DNA of 64,000 bases from Octopus bimaculoides (taxonomy: Eukaryota). Positions 38,266 to 51,410 of this stretch are shown here, piece after piece (the stretch's first letter is position 1; each line of letters opens with the position of its first letter). The stretch is taken from assembly GCF_001194135.2 (NCBI RefSeq), contig NC_068988.1, forward strand, positions 19,602,771 to 19,666,770, read 5' to 3'. The notes under the pieces were generated by a model. That model worked only from the letters and a program-made list of their open reading frames with translations. It searched no databases and was not told the DNA's origin. The translations under genes and the position numbers were made by a program.

Positions 38266-38452
38266 CCATAGCGGTTAATACGAAAATAGAGATTTAATCT
38301 GCACATTAAACTGGTAAGTGGCAAAATTTCTATGCCCTTTTGGTAAATCATTAAGCCTGCACAATATGCCTTCCGCAACAGTTTATTTGATATAAGAAAA
38401 ATACAAAGAAGTGGTCACTCTTATGTTTTATTTATTGTTATTTAAATGAAAC

Positions 38453-38775
38453 GTGGACGCGAAATGGTCGAGTGGTTAGGGCAACGGACTCGCGGTCAGA
38501 GGATTGCGGTTTTGATTACCAAACCGGGCATTGTGCGTGTTTATTGAGCGGAAACACCTAAAACCCCACGAGGCTCCGGCTGGGGGTGGTGGCTACCCCT
38601 GTTGTACTCTTTCGCCCCAACTTTCTCTCATTCTTTCTTCCTGTTTTTTGAGTAACGCTGCGATGGACTGGCGTCCCGTCCAGCTGGGGGGGGGGGGGAC
38701 ACATACGCCATAGAAACCAGGAAATTGAGCCCATGAGCCTGGCTAGGCTTTAAAAGGGCGCATAAAATTTTTTTT
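38453..38775 (+). mobile_element. SINE-C-related element with the same 5' half but a different 3' half
   Basis: tRNA head and about 130 bp match 25381. The 3' part CTGCGATGGACTGGCGTCCCGTCCAG...CCCATGAGCCTGGCTAGGCTTTAAAAGGGCG is unrelated to the other copies. Possible TSD ATGAAAC. Confidence 0.8.
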
Positions 38776-40997
38776 ATGAAACTGCTTCCTTTAAAATGTT
38801 TGCCTATTGCTTCAATTCTATATCAATCATCGGTTTTGATAACGTTTACTTGAAACAGATGCTTGTAACACTTTTAGGAGATAGAACGACTTTAATACTT
38901 GGCATCAAGCCTGAGGTGCCACACTTTTCAAACATATATTACACTACTGTGATAATTTGACAATGTCTTCCTCACAGACTAAAATCTGCAGTAGGTGTTT
39001 TGGGAATTATTTTCAAGGATGTTAGGTTAATTATATCCTGTTTACAGACGCTAATTTCTAAGTATAAAAAAATAAACATGTCTGAATGTGTCTTTAAACA
39101 ACAATAAAATTATCCAAATTAAACCCTATGTGGAGAAGTTGGTGAGCAGTTAGCGTTTTCCAAACAATTACAGTAGTGCAGAGAAAACTTCGGAACACTG
39201 TATCATCATATTAAAAGAAAAAGGGAGAATTGAAAGATGAAATTAGATCTGGGAGAAGCAGAAGTATCACTTCAGAACAGTTTCTGATGCAGTTATCCCT
39301 AATGTATGACCCATTGCATTAATTTGCTTTACTTTGATGTTGTTTTCGGTAAAAGAATTACAACAGTTATTTATGTATAAAATATGATCCACTGGCTTAG
39401 CATCTTGGAAGAAAAGCTCGAGAAGACCAAGGGCGAGATAAAAATTAGTGATAAAAATTAGTGATAAAAATTAATTTGAAAAGCAACAACAAAAAGATCG
39501 CTATTAAAAAACCACAACTTCTTACTTTTTTTATAAACAATAGCCAGCTCTATGTGTTTTCTACAGAATTTAAAGCATCTCTGCTTTCTCAAACTATCAA
39601 AACCACTGCTGAAGGAGATAGATTTCATTGCTATTCCTATTAACCCGATGTAATACTATCTCTATTGTACGAGTGCAATAAAATGCATTCACACATTATG
39701 CGAAGAATCATGAACGCTACATCTGCATTTTTCGCTGCGTCTGACGACTTATTCTTATACATTCTATTGAGTGTGAGGTGGGGTTCAGCACATGAAATCA
39801 ATATCAACAGCACAAGCAGGAGAATTTTCATAAAAGGGGTATGTTTATTTAATTATACTGACAGACTTCCATTTCTGTGTTATTGAAATCCGTGTTATAT
39901 CTTGTCTGTGTTACAAAATGCCAGCAGATCCTTCAAGTCCAATAGTTGCTTGAGAATACTGAACACAAATTACGTCTAATTGTGGCAAAATTTATGCCGG
40001 TTTTCTCTGATGGTATTTGATAAGAAGATAATTAATTTTATATTGGTTGAATACATGATTATTTTTTCTGCACTTGCTTGATATTTTATATTTACTATAA
40101 TTAGTGAGTGCAAGCTGGAAAATTCAGTCAAAATATTACATATTATATTTCATTCTACTATTTATTTACTGAAGTGTAGTGATAATCACGTTAGTTTCTT
40201 AGCTACCATCAAATTTTGATCTTATTCTCGCTTTCTCTCTCTCTCACTCTCTCTCTTCATCTCTCTCACTCTCCCCCTTCCCCTTTCCCCCTCCATCACA
40301 TGTGCTCGCACACACACACAGACATATACACGCTCATAAAGATCAAGATTCAGAAGGGGAGAGAAGTGAGGTGTAAGTGAAATATATCCACCAGCTAATG
40401 TTATCCACAATACCATAAAGTTTAAATGCATGTGAAAGAAATGTTTGTCCAACTATACTGTACAATCATTGTTTGCAAATATGATGTTCAGCCATATTAC
40501 CCACTTAATACTGATAGCTAGAGAGAGAGAGACAGTGAATTTGTATGTGTGAGAGCGGTCATTGCTGTTAATTGCTTATAAAATTTGCTTTACGGCAGGT
40601 CACATGATTAATTAAAGGTCATATACATATGCGTACGCACATATGGGCAAAAATACAGGTATAATCATCTTTCTCTCTCATATGTATGCATGTATGTATG
40701 TATACACACACACACACACACACACACNNNNNNNNNNNNNNNNNNNNNNNNNNNNNNNNNNNNNNNNNNNNNNNNNNNNNNNNNNNNNNNNNNNNNNNNN
40801 NNNNNNNNNNNNNNNNNNNNNNNNNNNNNNNNNNNNNNNNNNNNNNNNNNNNNNNNNNNNNNNNNNNNNNNNNNNNNNNNNNNNNNNNNNNNNNNNNNNN
40901 NNNNNNNNNNNNNNNNNNNNNNNNNNNNNNNNNNNNNNNNNNNNNNNNNNNNNNNNGTATGTATATATATATGTATATATATATATGTATATATATG

Positions 40998-41031
<34 letters not shown>

Positions 41032-41084
41032 CAAACTCCATTCTTCACCAAGTAAGAGGCTCCCTATAATAACAGTGTAGCAAC

Positions 41085-41125
41085 ACGGTGGTGCATCAGC
41101 ATGGCCGCAGCTCTAAGCTGAAACT
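41085..41125 (+). mobile_element. Stand-alone 3' terminal module of SINE-A, diverged
   Basis: CGGTGGTGCATCAGCATGGCCGCAGCTCTAAGCTGAAAC. Confidence 0.6.
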
Positions 41126-41493
41126 TAAAAAAAAATATATATATATATGTATATATATATACATATTGACGACTATTATTATTGCTGCTGCTTATTCGAC
41201 TACTCCGGTCACTCCTTTTGAAAAGAGCCTTGACCAGACTACTTACTTTAAAATCACAGACGGTGTCGCTAGTAGTCGCTAGTAATGCCACGAAAATTAA
41301 AGGAAGTTACCACTTGCGCTTACAGGAAGAAGAAAAGTACAAAATGGACGACTATTTTAATAATTTTAATAATAACTTTTTTCTCTGCATATTCCTTTTT
41401 AGTACATATTTTTGATTAGGCTTTTCAACAACCGAAACATGTAAAAGAAAACCATTTTTCATGTATTATATAAGAAAATTTAAACGAACCTAA

Positions 41494-41524
<31 letters not shown>

Positions 41525-42229
41525 ACACACACATAGTTTGAGGTGGGCTGCACGTGCCTACCTCGGTTGCTATGGCATTGAAGTAGATCCGGCCACCTTC
41601 GTTAACGGGGACAAAACCCTGATTTCAAATACTGGATGATGAAGAGGATGATGATGATGATGATGTTGATATATACAGATATAAGTTTATAAATTTGTGT
41701 AGCATGATTCCTGATGTGAAGTTGTGTGTCGAAACAGATATTGCTGTATTTCGGGACGGTCAGCAATTTGACTAGCATCTGATAGGCAGAGTAATTTGCA
41801 CATTCCGCTCCTAATGGTTCACTGATATTGAAGCAGTATTTGTGTACGACAAAACTTACATCAGTATTAGCTATTAGCCTAATTCATTACTTCTCTACAA
41901 GCAGGTGACTCATGCTAATTATTCGAGCATCATGAATGGTACGTTTTTCGTCAAGAGGCACCGGTATGCCATGAGATTGTCAGTCAGGAGAGTTTCCTCT
42001 CACTTTATTCCCTTGCATTAGTTGTATAGAAGAAATGTGCTTACATTCTTACATAACCAAATTGACGCTTATATATGTATGTATGTATGTATGTATGTGT
42101 AGGTGTACTCACGTGACTGCATAGTCTTACGGTCATTTCATAACCTTCTATTGTATTACAGCGTAGCTTACTCTGATAGTTGCACGATTCTGTGCATTCA
42201 TATACTATTCTACTCATCCCCCATCTCTG

Positions 42230-42295
<66 letters not shown>

Positions 42296-44197
42296 NNNNN
42301 NNNNNNNNNNNNNNNNNNNNNNNNNNNNNNNNNNNNNNNNNNNNNNNNNNNNNNNNNNNNNNNNNNNNNNNNNNNNNNNNNNNNNNNNNNNNNNNNNNNN
42401 NNNNNNNNNNNNNNNNNNNNNNNNNNNNNNNNNNNNNNNNNNNNNNNNNNNNNNNNNNNNNNNNNNNNNNNNNNNNNNNNNNNNNNNNNNNNNNNNNNNN
42501 NNNNNNNNNNNNNNNNNNNNNNNNNNNNNNNNNNNNNNNNNNNNNNNNNNNNNNNNNNNNNNNNNNNNNNNNNNNNNNNNNNNNNNNNNNNNNNNNNNNN
42601 NNNNNNNNNNNNNNNNNNNNNNNNNNNNNNNNNNNNNNNNNNNNNNNNNNNNNNNNNNNNNNNNNNNNNNNNNNNNNNNNNNNNNNNNNNNNNNNNNNNN
42701 NNNNNNNNNNNNNNNNNNNNNNNNNNNNNNNNNNNNNNNNNNNNNNNNNNNNNNNNNNNNNNNNNNNNNNNNNNNNNNNNNNNNNNNNNNNNNNNNNNNN
42801 NNNNNNNNNNNNNNNNNNNNNNNNNNNNNNNNNNNNNNNNNNNNNNNNNNNNNNNNNNNNNNNNNNNNNNNNNNNNNNNNNNNNNNNNNNNNNNNNNNNN
42901 NNNNNNNNNNNNNNNNNNNNNNNNNNNNNNNNNTATATATATACCTTCAAGTTGTGTGACATTTGAAAAATATATGTCTGATATTGATTTTTAATATCTA
43001 CACGAGATCGCGTACTTCGAAAATGATTGTAATCAAATAATTCTACTTAACAGTTACATTATTTTATCGTAACCGGAATGTTAAAAAGCAGCGTTGAAAA
43101 TCGGCGCTATTAGAACTCAGAACGTAAATCGCCGAATCTAAATATATATGTATATTATATTTATAGCGTAGTGGCTTATATCTATTTAAATCTATTTTAC
43201 CTCTATTGTGTCGCATTTGGCATTAACTGCTGATTATTAGGTGCTGAAGCCTCTCAGCTAAAGTATACTTTCTATTTGATGTAAGCTTGTTCTTGGCTCG
43301 GAGTCAGGCTGATTGTAAACGTGACTTACTGGAAAGAACTAACATATTACACTGAAAATACATTAGTGCTATTGTTCGTTATGTTTATTATTCATTTCGG
43401 TCTTTACGCCGAAGAATCGGTCAGCGTGAGGACGGCTTTGAACTAAAGGCTTCCACCACCATTACTCTGAATAAATATTGTAGATGTCAATAGTGAAGTC
43501 TACACAGAACTTGTAAGGACCTACCAAACTAAAGAAACCAATGGGTTTCGATTCCTAGTTGCAATAATTTCACTTTATTTGCATTTCTGATAAACGAGTG
43601 AATTAAATGCCTTACAGCTCCATTTGTAATTCTAAAATGTTCTGCTTTCACTGAGGAACAATTCAGATTTATTCAATACTTATGAATTCACATCCTTCAT
43701 ATTCACTAAGGTCTTTATCTCCATGCACGATTTTCACATTCACTTTTTCCTTTAGATTCCCTCTCTCTTCTCCAACTCTCTTTGTATCACACGCCTAAAT
43801 TTAAACAAATCTTATGTGCATGTTTATTGGCGGTTCCAAAAATCTATAACGATTCAGCATTGTAAACAGTGACTAATTATGGCTTTTTACCCGCCATCTC
43901 CTAAAATACTTTCCGTCCCAGTAGACTGATCAGTGTTGTGTTATTAATCGATGGCTTACTCTTTCAAATATGTCTCCAAAACAACAAGTCGCCAACCGTC
44001 TTTCGTCCAATTAATACCGACAAATACGTTGTTATTTCATCATACTAACGTAGTTGCTAAATTGTTAATGTCACTTGTTTTATAAATAATAAATATAGAT
44101 AAATCTCTGTCGGTTTCAGATATGAAGGTTTAGATGCTCTGTTATATATTTACGTTCCTTTTGATTTAGCCTGGGTTAGCATTCAATACACACAGTT

Positions 44198-44399
44198 AAT
44201 ATTGGTCTCAAATTTTGGCACAAGGCTAGCAATTTCGTGCGAGTGGGTAAGAAGATACACTGACCCCAGCGCTCAACTGGTGCACATTTTAACGACTACG
44301 AAAAGGAAAATCGACCTCGGCGGATTTTGATCTCAGAATGAATGTACGGACAAAATGCCGCTAAGTATTTTGCCCGGTGTGCTAACGATTCTAACAGCG
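44198..44399 (-). mobile_element. SINE-B, diverged
   Basis: AAATTTTGGCACAAGGC...GACCTCGGCGGATTTTGATCTCAGAA...GTGCTAACGATTC. Confidence 0.8.
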
Positions 44400-47300
44400 A
44401 GATGCCATAGTCGCAATTAGTATCAAGATATACAACATGTAGAACCAACATGAGACTGTGCATCCACGTAGACTCTTGGAGTCAGGCGCACATACCACAG
44501 GAGATGCATGCAGACAGTTAACGTAAAAAATTTCATCCCTGTGTTTGTGTTTATCCAAAATAAGAGTAAAAGCTATTTGCCAATGACGCAACAGAGTAAC
44601 ATAGAAGTCGAAACCTTGCAATTGAAAAGTTTAGGAAGATTTCTTTCACGGTTAAGACTGCAGGCATAACTTTTTAACGTTGCTTTCACTAAAACGTTTC
44701 TATCCAAAATATTCTATTTCAAAATCAACAAATTTAGAGTACACATCATACAATACAGCATTTCCCTCCTCAGTTGACTTTTCTATAAACTATTCTCGTT
44801 TTCCAGTTTCTGTTTTTATCAGTATGATATATTTTGTTGCTGATTTAAAGGTATTTTGCATGCTTTTTTTCTAAAAATAGCTCGTACGGTGTGTATGCGA
44901 GTAATATTTGTAGCAGCTGATGAATATTAAAGGAAATCATTGTATAAATCTGGTCAGAATACTATCCTAAATTTCCACTGACATATCTGATCAAAACGTT
45001 TGTGAAATAGTTTACCTACCTCAAACATAAGTGATTTCCAGCAATGGAACGATATTCCTAAAGAAATGGAAGAAGTTTTACAACAGAATTGACCATTTTG
45101 TGCCTGAATGTTTTTGTAAATACGTTGCCATATTAAATAAATTTGTCTTTCCAGAGTAAAATCTTATCATCTTTATCGTATTTTTCTTCATTATACAGTC
45201 AATTGCTGTATTTCATATCGAAATATTCGTGATCATTTTTTTCTGCAGTAGCGAAAGAGAATTAAGCTCTGTACAAACCTTGTTTTTATTATTTTGTATA
45301 AGTGGATTCAAAGAATAAGTTGAATAAATTCATAGATATTTCATTGACAAATGAACCGTCCATCGGACGGACAGAGAAACTGGGTTGTTATTATATTATA
45401 GATTTATAATATTCAGATTGACCAATAAGACAAAGTTAATATGCTGGTTATAAATGATATCCATGCTGAGTTCTTTCGGGTTTTATGTTTTATCAGATTC
45501 AAATTTGTAAATTTTTATGTATAATACTTACTAAATTATACTGGAAGCTATATTCGTGCTTCGAAGAAACATCTACCATCAGAATTCTCACCGTGTTTAT
45601 AGAACCTGACCTTTGTAGTTTATCTATGTCTAGCTTGACTATTAGTTTAATCACTTTAATCAGGTCCGGCTAACACGGATATAGTATAAAATATGGCGTT
45701 CGTTCAATAATTGCAAATCATAAATTCAGCCAACAAGTGCACATGTAACAATTTTCATTTTATTTGCGGGTATGCTTATACATCGCCTTCCAATTTCAGT
45801 CTCAAATAGACCATACACTTGAGTGAGGGCCATCAAAGAGAGTTGTCAAAAGATTCAATTGACGTTAATATTTCTTAATGCAGTCAGAAAATTATGCAGG
45901 AATTTCAAAAATATTCGTTTTAGTTACAAAAATTACAGTGTAGATCAGTTCTATTACATATATCTTTCACTAATGAGAAGTATAAATATATACTGTGAAA
46001 ATATACCGACATAAGATATAAGTAAAATCCAAACAAACATCAAGTCATAACGCCAGCACAGTCGCAACAACATGTGTTGTGGCAGCATCCTCCTCATCAT
46101 CAGCAGCAACAACAACAACAATAACGACATTGAATAAATGAATAAATAAATAAGTAAATAAAATATATAGCATTCTTTGTTAAAACGCTATTTGCCATTT
46201 TTGCTGTGGTTGTTGAAATATCAAATTATATTGTTTCCAGTCACTTCGGAAGCGTAATTATTGATTTAAGAGATATTGTCTCTTGTGTTTTACTTTTTCC
46301 TGCTCTGTTTTACAGTACGAAATGTCTACATAATTATTTCTTGCTTTTTGTTTCCTTTCTTTCTGAAATTATACATCGCTTTTATGTCAGATTCCTCCAC
46401 TTGGATCATATTAGTTTCATATAATTGTTTCACAATAGAAGATTATCACGTTCGTATAACATCCCTTTCACAAATGAATTTCATGATGTTGCAATATTAG
46501 GATTTTGCTGACATTTACATATACTGTATGTTAACATCAAATCTTCTCACAAAATAGAAACCATTTTCAATCTTCGACCCGACTTACCCCACGCTCTTTA
46601 TTCCAAGATATCGACATGTCGTTAAGTCCATGAACGTTTACATATTGCCAAGTATATTTACAAAATAGTGCCACCAGTCTATTACGGTACGCCAGCATGC
46701 AATTGTCTGACATACTAGGAAAATTAGCAACATTTACGCCCAATAATACTATTAGGATTTCAGGAAGGAATATATCCATATATGAAGGACAGATGTATTT
46801 AAAGTCTTATAGAGTTATTCATTGCACGAGAGCTTTTTCTGGAACTTTCTCGAAATTAATTGACTGATACCCTTTCAAACTTTTCCTTGTTTCTATCATT
46901 GCACTGTGGTGATACTAGAATAAAATCTTGAAAAATATCAGGTGAGGTACGAGGTGCAAACTAATATACTCTGCATTCCTCATCTGTAAATCGATAAAGT
47001 CGTGCAATTTCCAGCTGAAGAAACAGAAGCACTATTGAAAGAAGTACATAGCTTAATAACAAAACTACTGCATCATGTCCAAGTTTCGAACCCATATCGC
47101 ACAATTTTAAACCACATATAGATAATATTTCGCCATGCTGCTTCACGGTAAAACGCTTGACAAAATTGTTTGTGTTGGGTTCAAGATGGTTAAGTTTCCA
47201 ACACATTTTATTACTTACCTATTCGATCTCGACTCACCTTGAGTTAAAACAAAAAACAAGCCAGTGACACTACTATCTACAGAATGATAAATACATAAAA

Positions 47301-47874
47301 ACATATATATATATATATGATATGTTATCAGCAACTTAAATAGTTCTTAACATATTAATGGAAATGTAATCGTATCCATCGTGTAAACAGTATGAGATTC
47401 AAAGTTATCTAGAGATTTAAATCTGCAATATCTTTAGTATCACAGCAGCAATATATGGATACATGGTGATGCTGTTATCGATAATATTTTGGTATTATTT
47501 TTATCATCGGCTTGGTTCTTTCTAACACTACAACATATAAATACACACACACACACACACAGAGGCATGCATCTCCTCACACATATGTGTGTGTGTGTGA
47601 GAGAGAGAGAGTGTGTGTGTTAATATTAGGTTATTTTGAATAACGACTGAATATTGATCGACAGGAAGATTGCAAGGTGAAAGTACAATTTAATTTTATT
47701 GTGGTGATGAAGTTCAGTGAATTTCACTAAACACACACACACACACGGACGCACGTACATATACATACGTAAGTACGTACATACATACATACATACATAT
47801 ATAATACATATAGCAACTGCAGGTAACAATATACTGTCTCGCAGACACTCTCTCGCTGATACAATATACGCTTA

Positions 47875-48665
47875 AGGCGACGAGCAGAAACGTTACCACG
47901 CCGGGTGAAAGGCTTAGCGGTATTTCGTCTGCCGTTACGTTCTGAGTTCAAATTCCGCCAAGGTCGACTTTGCCTTTCATCCTTTCGGGGTCGATAAATT
48001 AAGTACCAGTTCCGCACTGGGGTCGATGTAATCGACTTAATCCGTTCGTCTGTTCTTGTTTGTTCCCTCTATGTTTAGCCCCTTGTGGGCAATAACGAAA
48101 TAGGTATTTCGTCTGTGCNNNNNNNNNNNNNNNNNNNNNNNNNNNNNNNNNNNNNNNNNNNNNNNNNNNNNNNNNNNNNNNNNNNNNNNNNNNNNNNNNN
48201 NNNNNNNNNNNNNNNNNNNNNNNNNNCTGGGGTCGATGTAATCGACTTAATCCGTTCGTCTGTTCTTGTTTGTTCCCTCTATGTTAAGCCCCTTGTGGGC
48301 AATAACGAAATAGGTATTTCGTCTTCTTTACGTTCTGAGTTCAAATTCCGTCTTGATCGACTTTGCCTTTCATCCTTTCGGGGTCGATAAATTAAGTACC
48401 AGTTACGCACTGGGGTCGATGTAATCGACTTAATCCGTTCGTCTGTTCTTGTTTGTTCCCTCTATGTTTAGCCCCTTGTGGGCAATAACGAAATAGGTAT
48501 TTCGTCTGTGCTTACGTTCTGCGTTCAAATTCTGCCAAGTTCGACTTCGCCTCTCATCCTTTCGGGATCGATAAATAAAGTACAAGTTGCGTACTGAGGT
48601 CGATCTAATAGACAGGAGCTCCCCCCCCCCCGACAAAAAAATTCGGGCCTTGTGCTTAGAATAGA
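47875..48665 (+). repeat. Head-to-tail tandem array of SINE-B units (at least 4, about 183-bp period, one N gap)
   Basis: GGTATTTCGTCT recurs at 47919, 48103, 48313 and 48495. Internal units lack the A-box head. The last unit carries the short-tail subfamily end. Confidence 0.9.
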
Positions 48666-49783
48666 TAAGAATATACGCTTATGCATGTCTTCTCTAATGC
48701 ACGTAAGTGCACGTGCAATTCATTGGGTTCTCTCTGCTGTCACAAAAATAGAACGCGGTAGACATTAGGCATGCGAAGAACTAGATTTTGATAGAATTAT
48801 ATATGTTTAAGGGTGATTTATTCACTGTTTAGTAAAGCATGTGCACATACGATTTTTAGTATATTTACTTTCCTGTGCAATTTTTCTTCTTTGCTTGAGA
48901 ACTACTAAACTATCATTAATTTTACATTTCTATAAATTTATTTTAATTCTTAAATTGAAAATAGCTTATGATTGTTTCTAATTTCATCCACTCTATGAAA
49001 ATATAGATTGAAACTTCCCCACGACGATATTGAATGTTGAAACTAAAGTGATTTATCCCAATTTCTCAAACATTGAATATGCTACGCCGCAACTACTACT
49101 GCGCCGCGCAACTTGTGGCATATAATAAAAGACGAAATGAGAAAAAAAGAAAATAATAAAGAAAAAATATCACTTTGAAAGCGGAAAATCATTTATATCA
49201 ACAGACAATCGGGATACATTTTTATTTGATGCGGTTTAATGTCACTTCATTTGACATCAATTTTATCTTGTGTTCTTTGGCTTTATATTCAAAAAACATG
49301 AATCAGGGATTCCAAGCATTCTGCCAAATAGTTTAACGTGAAACTACATTTAATTGTTCAGCTCCATTCATGTTGAAATAAGAAGGTTTAAGCATTCTCT
49401 AATTTACGGATATCATCAGTTTGAAAGATTTCAAAGGCGTTTTACATAACAGCAAATAATACTCAACCATACTTTATTGTATGCTTCTTAATAGCATTGA
49501 AAATTTAAAAAAAAACAAAAAACAAGTGGTTTGTAAATCTTTTGAGATTTCTTTTATTTTTTAGCACTCTACTTCTACTCTTACATGTGTGTATATGCGT
49601 GTGATCGCGCGCGTGAATGTGAGCTTGCTTGCAGACATGTTTGCTTGAATTATTTCTATCTAAACTAATGTTTCACACGGCTGCGATTTTTCAAGAGAAT
49701 GCAGTTTTGGTGTTGTCTTTGTGATGCTGATGAAATTGATAATGGTTATAATCATGATAATGTTGATGGTCATCATCATGATC

Positions 49784-49814
<31 letters not shown>

Positions 49815-49940
49815 ATTATATAATATATACCACAGCCTCTGTGATCTCAAAAGAAGCAGAATACCCCCTAAAACCCACCCAGAAAGTATATCACATCCCA
49901 AAGCAAACCTTTGGATAACTTTATTATTATTATTATTATT

Positions 49941-50827
49941 GTTCAGTAGTTTTATTTTTATAACGTGCTTTCACTTCACTACCGAGCGCAGCTCTGTGCG
50001 CCTTGGGTATGTGCTGTGGTTTGCTGTGGTGCTCTTATGTTTACTGTATTGAAAGTGTTTTGCGTAGAATGTGTGCAGTACCCAGTAGTGCAATTTTCTG
50101 TATGTTATATATATTTGTAAGTCCTGGTGTTTTTGTTATGTATTTGTCTGAATATTTTTTTATTATACCTAAGGCACCTACTATGATAGGAATTGTTTCT
50201 GTTTTTAGATTCCACATTCGNNNNNNNNNNNNNNNNNNNNNNNNNNNNNNNNNNNNNNNNNNNNNNNNNNNNNNNNNNNNNNNNNNNNNNNNNNNNNNNN
50301 NNNNNNNNNNNNNNNNNNNNNNNNNNNNNNNNNNNNNNNNNNNNNNNNNNNNNNNNNNNNNNNNNNNNNNNNNNNNNNNNNNNNNNNNNNNNNNNNNNNN
50401 NNNNNNNNNNNNNNNNNNNNNNNNNNNNNNNNNNNNNNNNNNNNNNNNNNNNNNNNNNNNNNNNNNNNNNNNNNNNNNNNNNNNNNNNNNNNNNNNNNNN
50501 NNNNNNNNNNNNNNNNNNNNNNNNNNNNNNNNNNNNNNNNNNNNNNNNNNNNNNNNNNNNNNNNNNNNNNNNNNNNNNNNNNNNNNNNNNNNNNNNNNNN
50601 NNNNNNNNNNNNNNNNNNNNNNNNNNNNNNNNNNNNNNNNNNNNNNNNNNNNNNNNNNNNNNNNNNNNNNNNNNNNNNNNNNNNNNNNNNNNNNNNNNNN
50701 NNNGTTTTTGGTAATTTCTGGTGGGGAGGCTCTGGTCTTGTGCAGCAATTAAAAATCCTTCAGTCTCTGCTTTGAGTCCTGAGCTTCTCAGCCATTGCTG
50801 GGATTTTTCTCTGTCTATTTCTTTCGC

Positions 50828-50830
<3 letters not shown>
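49941..50830 (-). mobile_element. 5'-truncated R4/Dong-clade non-LTR retrotransposon (RLE-type) within a (TAA)n tract
   Basis: The minus strand reads NAKEIDREKSQQWLRSSGLKAETEGFLIAAQDQSLPTRNYQK [gap] RMWNLKTETIPIIVGALGIIKK...IQKIALLGTAHILRKTLSIQ*, then a short 3' UTR. (AAT)n lies on both sides and the visible parts have no internal stops. Confidence 0.9.
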
Positions 50831-50876
<46 letters not shown>

Positions 50877-50878
<2 letters not shown>

Positions 50879-51055
50879 GGTGGTGAACTGGCAGAATCTT
50901 TAGCACACTTGTCAAAATGCTTAGCCGCATTGCGAGGTCGACTTTGCCTCTCATCTTTTCGGGATTGATAAATTAAGCACCAGTGAAACACTGGGGGCCG
51001 ATGTAATCGACGAATCGCTTCCTCCAAGATTTGAGGCCCTGTGCCTATAATAGAA
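50877..51055 (+). mobile_element. SINE-B with internal deletion
   Basis: AAGGTGGTGAACTGGCAGAATCTTTAGCAC...GAGGTCGACTTTGCCTCTCATC...GGCCCTGTGCCTATA. Confidence 0.8.
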
Positions 51056-51224
51056 ATACAGTCACAGGTTGAGTGTGTTATTGCATAGAATGCAGCAATC
51101 TTAAGTCGACGGCGTTCAGTAAAAGATTGGTATCTACAGAACATCATTGTAGCCACTTCATTCGGAACTACAAATGTACACATACAAGATGTAAAGCCGA
51201 TAGGTTATCAACGTTGACTGAATT

Positions 51225-51410
51225 GTGTTGTTCTTTCCAAGAAACAAGATACGATAATGAATTTTTTCAGAAATCAATCATGATTGATGAAGATTATTTT
51301 CACATAAATGGTGTTATCAATAAACAGACAGCAGATTTTGAGGTACCAAAACATCCGAGAGTCATCCATCAATGTCGAATAGCATCCTTTCAGAGATACA
51401 GTTTGGTCTT
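51225..51410 (+). mobile_element. Tc1/mariner transposase fragment, rosa (DD41D)-like
   Basis: FFQKSIMIDEDYFHINGVINKQ...HPRVIH resembles FSDEAHF.LNG.VNKQN.R.W...NP..I.E around the first catalytic D. Confidence 0.65.

Noticed and set aside
39215-39300. LKDEIRSGRS resembling a mariner 'DE.RSGRP' motif
   Set aside because: Too short, with no other mariner motifs or TIRs nearby.
47875-48665. Regularly spaced repeats as a possible CRISPR-like array
   Set aside because: The units are contiguous SINE-derived copies of about 183 bp without unique spacers, in eukaryotic DNA with no cas genes.
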